A stretch of DNA of 64,000 nt from Promethearchaeota archaeon. GTDB lineage: Archaea; Asgardarchaeota; Lokiarchaeia; Sigyniarchaeales; SOKP01. The stretch spans positions 4,200 through 68,199 of the forward strand of contig RDOE01000003.1 in NCBI GenBank assembly GCA_011364975.1, read 5' to 3'. Below the pieces are notes generated by a model, which did not search any database, had not been told where the DNA came from, and worked only from the letters and a program-made list of their open reading frames with translations. Below, piece by piece: positions 1 through 9,391 of the stretch (the stretch's first letter is position 1; each line of letters starts with the position of its first letter). The position numbers were made by a program, and so were the translations under genes.

Positions 1-179
1 TTTTCTGCCTCTTCTTTCGCTCCTCCTTTCTCAAACATAGTATGGGCTTGAGATAGGAGTTCAAGGCATTTTCTATATTCCTTATTTTTAAAATGATTCT
101 CTGAAAGTTCCACTAGATAATGCCCTTTTTTGACATAAAATTCAATAAATTGTCCAGAAGTATCTATTTTTTCGCTCAT
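1..179 (-). CDS. hypothetical protein, N-terminal part only (runs off window start)
   Basis: ATG at 179-177 on the minus strand, open to position 1. Translation: MSEKIDTSGQFIEFYVKKGHYLVELSENHFKNKEYRKCLELLSQAHTMFEKGGAKEEAE. Same strand as, and 79 nt downstream of, the oxidoreductase gene. No recognisable motif. Confidence 0.4.
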   Translation of the reverse strand, partial: MSEKIDTSGQFIEFYVKKGHYLVELSENHFKNKEYRKCLELLSQAHTMFEKGGAKEEAE

Positions 180-258
180 TACATCAATTTCAAAAAAAAA
201 TTCCTTTATATGTATCTTAGAAAATAGCATTAAATAAAATTATCTAAAAATTTTAAGC

Positions 259-1698
259 TTATAATTTTTCTGCCTTTTCTCGAAATAACTTCATTTGAAT
301 AACTTGGCCGGATAATCGAGAACTATGTGCAGCAAAAGCCATTAGGTGACTTTCTAAAATTGCTCGTGCATTAGTTAATGGTTGAGATTTATCTTTATCA
401 AGGACATTATCTAAAAAGGCAGAAATTAGTAGATCATCTCCGCCTCCATGAGCTTTTGTATTTAATGTTAAATCTTTAGTAAATATAATTTTTTCTTCTC
501 CATTATAATGATCATTTATAGTTATCTTCTGACCGCAATCCCTAAATTCTCCGAATAATGTTCCTCTTGTCCCGTCAATCCTTAAAGTTCTGCCTTCACG
601 TTCACTAAATCCATGCATTATTAACGTAGCAGTTGCACCGTTCATAAACTCTATATTAACTACTTGATGATCGACAACATCGTTATCACATTTATATACG
701 CACCTACCATAAGGGCTTGACCTTAAAATTTCCATCTTTGCTCCATCAGAAAAATCTTCTCTCTCGTATGCATCTTGACCGAAATATAACGGCTCTACAG
801 GCCATTCCCTCCAATAAGTTAAACTATTCAATGGTTTAATAACTTTAGAAAGGTATTTCAACCATATCTTATGCTCTTTTCTTAAATTAGCTAGAAATCT
901 TAATCCTCTATTATTACTGTACTTCATTATCTGAAGAATAGGAGCAATATCAATATAAATCCTTGGAGCATAATATAAACAGGAGTTTTCGATTGGACAA
1001 CCCTCTATACAGTAATTTGGAGCACTTTTTGGGGCATTATTATGAGTAAAATGTAATAAACTTCCAAATGAGCTTATCTTCTTTGGTAAGGCTCCTATCA
1101 TCCAATATAATAAATCAAGGTCATGACAACATTTTGCTAATATCATAGGAGAAGATTGTGCTTGATTCCTCCAATTTCCTCTTACAAACGAATGAGCCAT
1201 ATGATACCAGCTAACATTTTCGCTATGGGAAATATTCACGATCTCTCCCAGCACCTTATTTCGAATAAGTTCAGTTATTTTCGAAAAAAAGTCAGTATAT
1301 CTTAATACATGACCGATACCTAATATACGTCCTGTGTTTTCTGCACATTTTACAATTTTTATACACCCTTCTAAAGTATTAGCCATTGGTTTTTCCAATA
1401 ATACATCATAACCTTTCTTTAAAGCTCGAATGGTTGGTTCAATATGCATTTGGTCTTGAGTACAAATAAACGCAATGTTAGCTAGTTGTTCCTTTTCAAG
1501 TAGATCTGTCCAACTATCAAAACATGATTTTAAGGGTATATTATGTAATCTGGCAAAATGCTCCCTTCGGCTTTTAATTGGCTCTGCTACTGCAACAAAT
1601 TTTAATCTATTAGGATAATTTAAGGCGTATTGACCATAAACGGTCATACCTCTATTACCTGCTCCGCATAAAATTGCGCTTATCGGATGATTTATTAT
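259..1698 (-). CDS. Gfo/Idh/MocA-family NAD(P)-dependent oxidoreductase. Start proposed at ATA 1698-1696; the first canonical ATG is at 1647.
   Basis: Family-typical N-terminal half (KFVAVAEP, DVLLEKPMA). The Rossmann glycine motif ISAILCGAGNRG is encoded in frame at 1683-1648, upstream of the first ATG. AAGAGGTG lies 7 nt upstream of ATA. Confidence 0.8.
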   Translation of the reverse strand: MINHPISAILCGAGNRGMTVYGQYALNYPNRLKFVAVAEPIKSRREHFARLHNIPLKSCFDSWTDLLEKEQLANIAFICTQDQMHIEPTIRALKKGYDVLLEKPMANTLEGCIKIVKCAENTGRILGIGHVLRYTDFFSKITELIRNKVLGEIVNISHSENVSWYHMAHSFVRGNWRNQAQSSPMILAKCCHDLDLLYWMIGALPKKISSFGSLLHFTHNNAPKSAPNYCIEGCPIENSCLYYAPRIYIDIAPILQIMKYSNNRGLRFLANLRKEHKIWLKYLSKVIKPLNSLTYWREWPVEPLYFGQDAYEREDFSDGAKMEILRSSPYGRCVYKCDNDVVDHQVVNIEFMNGATATLIMHGFSEREGRTLRIDGTRGTLFGEFRDCGQKITINDHYNGEEKIIFTKDLTLNTKAHGGGDDLLISAFLDNVLDKDKSQPLTNARAILESHLMAFAAHSSRLSGQVIQMKLFREKAEKL

Positions 1699-1699
1699 A

Positions 1700-2827
1700 T
1701 CAGAACACCTCTTTGCAATTAGAGGTATTTATTTTACCTGATTTCAGTAATTCATCTAATATCACTATAGCTGCCATTGCCTCAACGATAACAACGGCTC
1801 TTGGCACAATGCAAGGATCATGGCGCCCTTCCAATTTTAAATCCACTCCTTTCATAACCTTAATATTTATTGTTTTTTGTACCTTACCTATTGAAGCGGT
1901 GGGTTTTACAGCAACAGTAAATTCTATAGGCATCCCTGTAGAAAGTCCTCCAATTATTCCTCCCGCGTCATTTTTTGATGTTATAATTTTATTTTGGTAT
2001 ATAATCCATGGATCATTATGTTCTGATCCTCTCATAGATGCAGCTTTGAAACCAATCCCGAACTCAATCCCTTTAATAGCTGGTATAGAAAACATTGCCT
2101 TACTGATATTTGATTCTAGACTGCCAAAAATTGGACTCCCTATTCCAGGAGGCACATTATTTATTATACATTTAATTGTGCCTCCGATCGAGTCATTCTC
2201 TTTTTTCACGGTTTCAATTTCATTTATCATCTCATTTGATAGAACCAAATTTAGCGCATTCACAGGGGAGCTATCCCGTAATGCGATTAATTTATTCATA
2301 TTTTCACAAGAGTATTGTTGATTATCCCAGACATTACCAATACTTTTCGTATAAGCAAACGGAATAATTCCATAATCTTTTAAAATCATTTTTGCTAATG
2401 CTCCCGCTATTACATATCCTACTGTGATTCTCCCCGAAAATCGTCCTGATCCACGATAATCAGCAAAACCTTTATATTTGACATAAGCAGGATAATCAGC
2501 ATGTGAGGGCCTGATAATATCTTTAATCTTTTCATAATGGAAGGACTTAACATCTTCATTTCTCACAATTATGGATAATGGCGCACCTGTAGTGCTATTA
2601 TTAAACACGCCCGATAAAATTTCAAATTCATCTGGTTCCATACGTGATGAAGTTAAATTTGAAAGTCCAGGTCTCCTCTTATTCAATTCATTCTGAATAA
2701 AATTTTTATCGATGTTCAGACCAGGAGGTACTCCATCAATTACAACCCCGACTATTCTCCCATGACTTTCTCCAAAAGAAGTTATTCTAAAAATAGTACC
2801 AAAAGAATTATCAGTCATAATAATCAA
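1700..2827 (-). CDS. aroC: chorismate synthase
   Basis: N-terminal FRITSFGESHG signature. GRHDPCIVPRAV near the C-terminus. Length 375 aa. Confidence 0.92.
   Translation of the reverse strand: MIIMTDNSFGTIFRITSFGESHGRIVGVVIDGVPPGLNIDKNFIQNELNKRRPGLSNLTSSRMEPDEFEILSGVFNNSTTGAPLSIIVRNEDVKSFHYEKIKDIIRPSHADYPAYVKYKGFADYRGSGRFSGRITVGYVIAGALAKMILKDYGIIPFAYTKSIGNVWDNQQYSCENMNKLIALRDSSPVNALNLVLSNEMINEIETVKKENDSIGGTIKCIINNVPPGIGSPIFGSLESNISKAMFSIPAIKGIEFGIGFKAASMRGSEHNDPWIIYQNKIITSKNDAGGIIGGLSTGMPIEFTVAVKPTASIGKVQKTINIKVMKGVDLKLEGRHDPCIVPRAVVIVEAMAAIVILDELLKSGKINTSNCKEVF
1706..1713 (-). promoter_or_regulatory. Shine-Dalgarno element (AAGAGGTG) inside the aroC 3' end, 7 nt upstream of the in-frame ATA of the oxidoreductase gene
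   Basis: Minus-strand reading is GCAAAGAGGTGTTCTGATATAATA. The aroC stop TGA (1702-1700) lies in the spacer. Confidence 0.5.
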
Positions 2828-3021
2828 CTCATTATAAAGTTGTTAAATTAATCAATAGTATAAGTAAAAATAAATTATTATACTCATTCTTTCTATTATT
2901 TTTTTTCTTGTATCAGTATATTTAAGACAAATTTTATGATATATTAATATATTAACTTTACATAAGTATATCACGAAACTTTTATTCCTATTTAAAACAA
3001 TTTAAAAAGAAGGAGAATCAA

Positions 3022-4344
3022 TTGGAAATTAAAATTAAGCCAACGATTAAGTTAAATGGGGATATTAGAGCCCCGCCTTCGAAAAGTTACTCTCATCGAG
3101 CTTTTATGGCTTCAAGTTTAGCAGACGGAGTATCAGTTATTAAAAATGCTTTAGTTGGAGGAGATGTTGAGATCACAATCAAGATATTAAAGAAACTAGG
3201 AGTACATATCTCTAAAGTATCTGAAAATAATTACATGGTTAAAGGATTAGGTGGTATATTCAAACCGTGTAAAGAAGTTGTTGATATTGGAAATTCAGGT
3301 ACGTCTATTAGGATTTTTAGTGCATTAGCTTTACTAGTTGAAGGAGGTTTACAATTTACAGGAGTATTTTTTGAAAGAAAAAGACCCATAATACCACTGC
3401 TCGAAGCTCTTATAAAATGGGGAGGTTCTTATAATATAAATGCCGGATTATTGTCTATTAAGAGAAAAAAGGGCAAATGCAATGATGTAGAGATAAGAGG
3501 GGATGTAAGTTCCCAATTTATCACTGCATTATTAATGGTTGGTCCTCTAATCTCTTGTAAAAAAATTAACCATCTAACGCTCAATATTATATCCCCTTTA
3601 ATATCTTATCCCTATATAGCTATTACTTTAAAAGTCTTAAAGCATTATGGTATAAATATACAGGAACAGATAAATGACAAGAGGTTAGGAAAATACATAA
3701 TACCTTGTCAGCAATACTATAGAGCTCAGAATTTTATAATCCCGGGAGATTTTTCTTCAGTTTCTTATATCATAGCTGCTGGCGTTTTAAGTTTTGATGA
3801 CTCATTGATAACTATATCCAATTTAGATTTTAATAGTCCTCAAGGCGATAAAAGATTAATTGAGATTTTGCAAGATATGGGCGCTCAAATTGAAATGAAT
3901 AAAGAAAAAGGAATTTTAATAATTAAAGGAAATTTAAGGAAAAATCCGTTAAAAGGATTAGATATCAATATTCAAGATAACCCTGATTTATTTCCAATTC
4001 TTGCAGTAATTGGGGTATTCGCGATTGGAAAAACCTCCCTTTATAACGCAAAAAGTTTAAGGTATAAAGAAAGTGATAGAATTTCTATTATGGCTCGAGA
4101 ATTAAAAAAGATGGGTGTAAATGTTGAGGAAAGTGAAGATGGATTAACTATACATCATTGCACTGAGTTAAAGGGAATAGAGGTATTACATGAGAATGAT
4201 CATAGAATAGCTATGGCTTTAACAATAGCAAATCTATATGCTATGACAAATTCAAAAATTGAACGGATCGATATCGTTCAAGATTCATATCCCTCTTTTA
4301 TAAGCGATCTTATAAAATTGGGGGCATCGATAGAAATTATTTAA
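3022..4344 (+). CDS. aroA: 3-phosphoshikimate 1-carboxyvinyltransferase (EPSP synthase)
   Basis: APPSKSYSHRAFMASSLADG, GNSGTSIRIF and DHRIAMAL motifs. TTG start preceded by GGAG with a 6-nt spacer. Divergent from aroC. Confidence 0.9.
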   Translation: MEIKIKPTIKLNGDIRAPPSKSYSHRAFMASSLADGVSVIKNALVGGDVEITIKILKKLGVHISKVSENNYMVKGLGGIFKPCKEVVDIGNSGTSIRIFSALALLVEGGLQFTGVFFERKRPIIPLLEALIKWGGSYNINAGLLSIKRKKGKCNDVEIRGDVSSQFITALLMVGPLISCKKINHLTLNIISPLISYPYIAITLKVLKHYGINIQEQINDKRLGKYIIPCQQYYRAQNFIIPGDFSSVSYIIAAGVLSFDDSLITISNLDFNSPQGDKRLIEILQDMGAQIEMNKEKGILIIKGNLRKNPLKGLDINIQDNPDLFPILAVIGVFAIGKTSLYNAKSLRYKESDRISIMARELKKMGVNVEESEDGLTIHHCTELKGIEVLHENDHRIAMALTIANLYAMTNSKIERIDIVQDSYPSFISDLIKLGASIEII

Positions 4345-4360
4345 ATATGTTAAAAAAGAT

Positions 4361-4777
4361 TTATCTGAAAGACTTTTGTCTTCTTTTTCGAGCTTTCGAT
4401 CCACCAAAATGTTTAGGTTCGGTTCTTCTTGAATCTCCTGAAAGTAATGACTCATCATATTCTCTTAATGTTTTCTCTATCGTTTTTGTGCCAAGAAATT
4501 TATTAATTAATTTTGCGATTGCAATTCGTACCGCATTAGTTTGGCCCATTTTACCGCCACCTTCTACATTTATGATAATATTACACTTATCAAGCTTAGG
4601 GTGTCCAATAACTTCTAAGACTTCTTGTATTCTCAATCTTGCAATTTCAGGCTCATATAGGGCTAAGGGGACATTATTAATTTTTACCTGGCCTTTAGAA
4701 GGATAACGTAAAACTGCTCGTGCAATTGCTGTTTTTCGTTTACCTGCTGCTTGAATAACCTTACTTTTTTCTGACAT
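4361..4777 (-). CDS. rps9: 30S ribosomal protein uS9
   Basis: GKRKTAIARA motif and a basic C-terminal tail (ARKRRQKSFR). Follows L13 with a 5-nt gap. Confidence 0.92.
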   Translation of the reverse strand: MSEKSKVIQAAGKRKTAIARAVLRYPSKGQVKINNVPLALYEPEIARLRIQEVLEVIGHPKLDKCNIIINVEGGGKMGQTNAVRIAIAKLINKFLGTKTIEKTLREYDESLLSGDSRRTEPKHFGGSKARKRRQKSFR

Positions 4778-4782
4778 TTTGA

Positions 4783-5253
4783 TTACACCTCTATAGTTTT
4801 GTTATTCCATCCAATTCTCATACAAAGATTTTCTAAAGTAATATATTTATTATAATAGGAAAGTCTAGTTCTTTCTGCATTTGGGATTTCTTGGGGGATT
4901 AATTTTTGATATCTTTTTCTAAATCTTTCGGGAATGTCAGCAATATAAACATGGACTCGACTTATAGCTTCCTTGCCTCTAAGTTTTTTTCGGGGTAACA
5001 TTTTCTTTATAACAGCTCGCATAAAAACATCCGGACGTCTTGGCCAGAAAGGACCTCTACGAGGATTTGTAGCTGTACTGATATTTAATTTCGCTAAATA
5101 TTTTTGATGAATATCTTCTTTAGTTCCACTTATAATACAATCTTTAGAATTTATTACGACTATAAGATTTCCTAATAATGCTTTTTTAGCAATTTGGCTG
5201 CAAAATCGACCTAAGATTTTATTTTTTGCATCAAATAATAAGTATTCCTGCAT
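4783..5253 (-). CDS. rpl13: 50S ribosomal protein uL13
   Basis: Size (156 aa), the LGRFCSQIAKKAL N-terminus, and position between L18e and S9 in the conserved archaeal cluster. Confidence 0.9.
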   Translation of the reverse strand: MQEYLLFDAKNKILGRFCSQIAKKALLGNLIVVINSKDCIISGTKEDIHQKYLAKLNISTATNPRRGPFWPRRPDVFMRAVIKKMLPRKKLRGKEAISRVHVYIADIPERFRKRYQKLIPQEIPNAERTRLSYYNKYITLENLCMRIGWNNKTIEV

Positions 5254-5284
5254 ATTTTCAACACTTTCTCACTATTATATTAAT

Positions 5285-5641
5285 TCAATAAAATAATTTA
5301 ACATTTTTACCGTCAGGATTTTGCTCTAATAACTCCTCGATTGAAATAAGCTTGCTTCCCGACTTTTCAATTTTATCTTTAGCTGATGTAGAATAATCTA
5401 AACATGCGATTGTGAGTTTATGATCTAAATCACCTAAAGCTAAAATTTTGCCAGGTATCACTATGGTATCATTTTCCTTAGTTTTTTTATTAATTCGATA
5501 TAAATTAGCTTCAATTCTATTCCTTCTAGGTCCAGATATTTTTTTTGAAACTTGTTTCCAAATTCGTCGCTTAGTTTTCCATAAATCACGTATTAGTTTC
5601 CTTTGATAATAATTGCTTGGACCTGTTATTCGATGGCTCAT
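5285..5641 (-). CDS. rpl18e: 50S ribosomal protein eL18 (L18e)
   Basis: 118 aa. VIPGKILALGDLDHKLTIACLDYSTSAKDKIEKSG matches the L18e pattern. Cluster position after rpoD. Confidence 0.88.
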   Translation of the reverse strand: MSHRITGPSNYYQRKLIRDLWKTKRRIWKQVSKKISGPRRNRIEANLYRINKKTKENDTIVIPGKILALGDLDHKLTIACLDYSTSAKDKIEKSGSKLISIEELLEQNPDGKNVKLFY

Positions 5642-5718
5642 AGTATTTCACTCATTAATTATTAACTCTTGAAATATAAAGTCTTAAATTTATAATATTT
5701 TAATAAATTTTTGATTAT

Positions 5719-6558
5719 TCATGTCTCTATCTTTAATTCTTCTAGTTTGGTAGCGAATTCATCAATTTTTTCGGTAAATATTTCAAAAGTTTTTTTGATA
5801 ATTGTTTTAAATGGTAATACACCATCACTTTCTATCGAAAAAATGTAAGCATCCTTTTTATGTAATACTTTAATTTTACCCTCTGATATTTTTTCACAAG
5901 ATTTACATAATGTGCAAACTTTCCAGTAATCTTCCTTTAATTTCAAGTTTTTTTTACTATCTAATTCAAATAGCTTGAAAGGACACATTTTCGCGATTTC
6001 TTCATTTTCTTCTTCATTTTTTAAATCTTTTTCATTAAATTCTACAATCGGGTAATATCTAAAAAAGACATTAGAAACAGCTTGCCATTTTGCATGATCT
6101 TTTGCTCTTCCTAATACTGCATAAGCTTCAATTATAACTTTGTTATTTTTATCGATTTTAACAATGGGTATATTAGGATCAACTGGAATTATTTTAGGGT
6201 CATTAGATTTTAAATCACCCGAATAAATAATCAGAGGAGAATTCGTTGCATTAGTTATTTCACACGTTAAGGATACTTGGCACATTGGACAGCCATATCC
6301 TGAGCATTCACATTCTCGAGGGAGTTTATATACATCTAAATCCGTTTTTAGAGGGAGCATTCCTAATCTGTGAGCAATAATTTCATCGTAAAGTGGGCTA
6401 TCGTTTTTTAAAATAATTACTTCATCTATCGCCATAACTGGTATTTCTGTCAAAATGATTCTCCTTATGGCATTAATCATTTCAATTGAAATTCCTTCTA
6501 CCTCTAAAACTAAATTCTGTTCATTTTGTTGTAGTACATCAAGCTTCACAGGACTCAT
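5719..6558 (-). CDS. rpoD: DNA-directed RNA polymerase subunit D (Rpo3) with a Cys-rich Fe-S-type insertion
   Basis: N-terminal EGISIEMINAIRRIILTEIPVMAIDEV (RpoD/AC40 fold). Cys clusters CECSGYGCPMCQVSLTC and CPFK...CTLCKSCEK. Sits upstream of L18e-L13-S9. Confidence 0.9.
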   Translation of the reverse strand: MSPVKLDVLQQNEQNLVLEVEGISIEMINAIRRIILTEIPVMAIDEVIILKNDSPLYDEIIAHRLGMLPLKTDLDVYKLPRECECSGYGCPMCQVSLTCEITNATNSPLIIYSGDLKSNDPKIIPVDPNIPIVKIDKNNKVIIEAYAVLGRAKDHAKWQAVSNVFFRYYPIVEFNEKDLKNEEENEEIAKMCPFKLFELDSKKNLKLKEDYWKVCTLCKSCEKISEGKIKVLHKKDAYIFSIESDGVLPFKTIIKKTFEIFTEKIDEFATKLEELKIET

Positions 6559-6663
6559 AATAAATGAATACTCGTATATTAATTAATTATAACTAGGTGA
6601 TTGCTAAAATCAGCTATTTAAGATAAATTTTTCTATTAAATTTTAAAAAAAGAAATAAAAATA

Positions 6664-7992
6664 CTAATAAAACTTGATATATTCATATGCTTTATTAGGA
6701 GATTGAAAGCAATATTTAATCTCTTGAAAGCCCTTTTTAAACTCTATAACTTGTTCTCTTATTTTTTTAGGATCTGACTTATCAACGATAACCTTCTTAA
6801 TAAATTCTGCGATATCTTCCATTTCTGTTTTCCCCATACCTAAGCGGGTGACTTCAGAGGTACCTAATCGAAGTCCTCCAGGATTCTGATAATGCCTCCC
6901 TTCCTGAATATCCCATGGAAGTAAGTTCCGATTAAGTATAATATTACATTTCTCTAATAATGCTTCGATATCTCCTCCTAAACCTATAGTCTTTTCAAAT
7001 TTGGTGATATCTACCACAATCTGATGAGATTCGGTGAACCCCTTATGTTCCATTAAAACATTAATTCCTCTTTCATTTAAGGCTTGAGCTAAAGCTTTTG
7101 CATTCTGAATTACATTTTTATGATATTCTTTCCCGAACTCAAGCATTTCTGCAAATGCTACAGCTAATGCTGCCACATTATGTAAATGATGATTAGAAAG
7201 CAATGCTGGAAAAGTGCATGATCTCAATGTTTCAATTAAATCTTCCCGATTTGACACAAGTGTACCATGCTGAGGCCCTGGCAGTGTTTTATGGGTACTC
7301 ATAGTCATAACATCAGCCCCCTCCCTTAAAGGGTCTTGAAAGTATCCTGAACCTATTAAACCAGCTACATGAGCTGCATCATAACCAACATTCGCTCCAA
7401 CTTCTTTAGCTACTTCACTAAGTTCTTTTACTGGATGAGGAAATAAAAATACGGATCCCCCAAATAAAACAAGTTCTGGTTCAAAACTTCTTATTATTTT
7501 TGCGGTTTTATCTACATCTAAATTCATTTCATCATTATCAAAGGCCATATATTCAATATTCAAGCCTCTAACTGTCCCTGCTGTTCCATAAATGGCCATA
7601 CCACTTTTTGTGAATTTAGGTGCATGAGAGATATGTCCTCCTTTAGGAATTGGCATAATGAGCATTTTACCATTGTTATCAGAAGTAAATGCATTATACA
7701 TTGCTAAATTTGCAACAACTCCAGATATCGGTCTAACATCAGCATGAATACACTTGAAATATTCTTTTGCTAATTCCATGCAAATATCTTCTACCATATC
7801 AATATATTTGCATCCTGCATAAACACGCTGTCCAACCCATCCTTCTGCATATCTATGACTCATATCACAATTTGCAGCTTCATCTACAGCAGGACTAGTT
7901 ATGTTCTCAGAAGCAATCAATGGAATTGAATCACTAAATAATCTATTATGTTCCATTAAAATTTGTCTAATTTCTTCAACTTTATTTCTCAA
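6664..7992 (-). CDS. glyA: serine hydroxymethyltransferase
   Basis: LIASEN, SHRYAEG and the PLP-lysine motif STHKTLPGPQHG. TTG start. Confidence 0.92.
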   Translation of the reverse strand: MRNKVEEIRQILMEHNRLFSDSIPLIASENITSPAVDEAANCDMSHRYAEGWVGQRVYAGCKYIDMVEDICMELAKEYFKCIHADVRPISGVVANLAMYNAFTSDNNGKMLIMPIPKGGHISHAPKFTKSGMAIYGTAGTVRGLNIEYMAFDNDEMNLDVDKTAKIIRSFEPELVLFGGSVFLFPHPVKELSEVAKEVGANVGYDAAHVAGLIGSGYFQDPLREGADVMTMSTHKTLPGPQHGTLVSNREDLIETLRSCTFPALLSNHHLHNVAALAVAFAEMLEFGKEYHKNVIQNAKALAQALNERGINVLMEHKGFTESHQIVVDITKFEKTIGLGGDIEALLEKCNIILNRNLLPWDIQEGRHYQNPGGLRLGTSEVTRLGMGKTEMEDIAEFIKKVIVDKSDPKKIREQVIEFKKGFQEIKYCFQSPNKAYEYIKFY

Positions 7993-8152
7993 TATTAATC
8001 AGTCTAAAATCTAATTTTAAATCTACAGTTAAAAAAGTATAAATTTCCAAATATTTTAAACCTTTTGGCTAAAATAAGTATTTAATATGCTCCAAATCAA
8101 AAAACGTTGGTTGAGAATTAAGCTAAGAAATTCTCTCTTAATTTAATGATAC

Positions 8153-9082
8153 TTATCCCTTTGATTTTTCTAAAATTAGTCGAGCTTCATAAAGATTTAA
8201 TTTCTTTCCCGCTTTCTGTTTCTCCAAAGCTTCAGCTAATTTGTCCTGCTTCAATTTTTCTAATTCTTCCATTCGTTTAGTATTTACCTTATATGGCCTT
8301 CTTGTGCTCTTATCAAAATTTTGTGGTCTTTTTCCTCTAGATACTTTTTTTCTTTGGTTCATTAGTCTCAAAAATCGCTCATGATAATCATCAGCGGCTT
8401 TTTTATTAACAATTAGCTCTTCTTCAAGAGATTTTTTTTTTTCTCGTAGATTGTTGACATATTGATAGGTTTCATGCATTTTTGCATGATAATTTTGAGA
8501 TTTATTTGACCACTTATTCAATTGTTCGTAAATTTTATTCAAATTTAATTTAACAATTTTAATTTTTTTTTCAAGTTTGAATAATTCACTATTTTGTTCT
8601 TCAGAAAGATATTTTTGTTTCATTTCAGCTAATTCTTTGATTTTATCTATGATAGCATTCTCTTCAGTAATATCGAGGTATTCAATTTCGATTTTTCTCT
8701 CCAAATTTTCAATTTTTCGCTCTATTTGTTTAATAGAAAAAACTTTTTTTGATTCTCCATTACTTTTATTTATTTTGAGAATGTTTTTTTTCTCATCAAT
8801 AAAACCATCGAGTATCTTTTTATATTCAATCTTCTTATCTTTTAATTTCTTAACTTTACTATTCCAGTAATCACGTTTTTTTTGGTAATTTTCTTTTGCA
8901 ATTTTTAGTTGTGCTTCAACCTGATTATCAATTTCCTGTAACTCATTAATGTAATCTTTTGTTTTTTGGTTTAGATCATCTCTTTTCTTACGAAACTCTT
9001 CAATTTGAAACTGAAGTTCTTTAAAAGAGAGGTTTGAAGCTTGAGACGTACCTGTGTTGTCCCTACTCATAGATAAATTCAT
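8153..9082 (-). CDS. K/E-rich coiled-coil protein (resembles the conserved archaeal COG1340-type coiled-coil proteins)
   Basis: 309 aa, heptad-like K/E/L-rich sequence throughout, basic C-terminal region. No enzymatic motif. Confidence 0.55.
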   Translation of the reverse strand: MNLSMSRDNTGTSQASNLSFKELQFQIEEFRKKRDDLNQKTKDYINELQEIDNQVEAQLKIAKENYQKKRDYWNSKVKKLKDKKIEYKKILDGFIDEKKNILKINKSNGESKKVFSIKQIERKIENLERKIEIEYLDITEENAIIDKIKELAEMKQKYLSEEQNSELFKLEKKIKIVKLNLNKIYEQLNKWSNKSQNYHAKMHETYQYVNNLREKKKSLEEELIVNKKAADDYHERFLRLMNQRKKVSRGKRPQNFDKSTRRPYKVNTKRMEELEKLKQDKLAEALEKQKAGKKLNLYEARLILEKSKG

Positions 9083-9391
9083 TAAAAAGTATTAATAAAA
9101 AGCGATACTTAACTCTTGATTAATTAATTCAATTTAACATTTATTTTATATTTTTTGTAAAACATAATAAAAAAGGGGAAATAGAATAATAATTACTGAC
9201 AATTGTGTATAGAATAGAACTTAGAGTTCCCTTTATTCATCTTTTCTTATTCCATGTATTCTTATAACTTTAAAGGTAAACAAGCTGATTTTTAATATAC
9301 TAAAAATTATTATTAATAAATCGATTTTTATAAAAAATACAATTATTTACTAGTAATTACTGAAATTTTTTTTGGTTTCTGGTGAAAATTT

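Noticed and set aside
1674-2367. Track ORFs 1674..2321 (+) and 2176..2367 (+), antisense to aroC
   Set aside because: They lie fully inside the well-supported chorismate synthase gene on the opposite strand. Their translations are low-complexity (I/F/S/P-rich) with no motif. This is typical shadow-ORF behaviour.
4347-4706. Track ORF 4347..4706 (+), antisense to rps9
   Set aside because: It is a shadow of the ribosomal protein S9 gene, with no motif and no SD.
9099-9111. 13-nt exact repeat AAAAGCGATACTT, also present near 60018-60031
   Set aside because: A single 13-mer coincidence is expected by chance in 64 kb of AT-rich DNA searched on two strands. The two copies sit in unrelated contexts.
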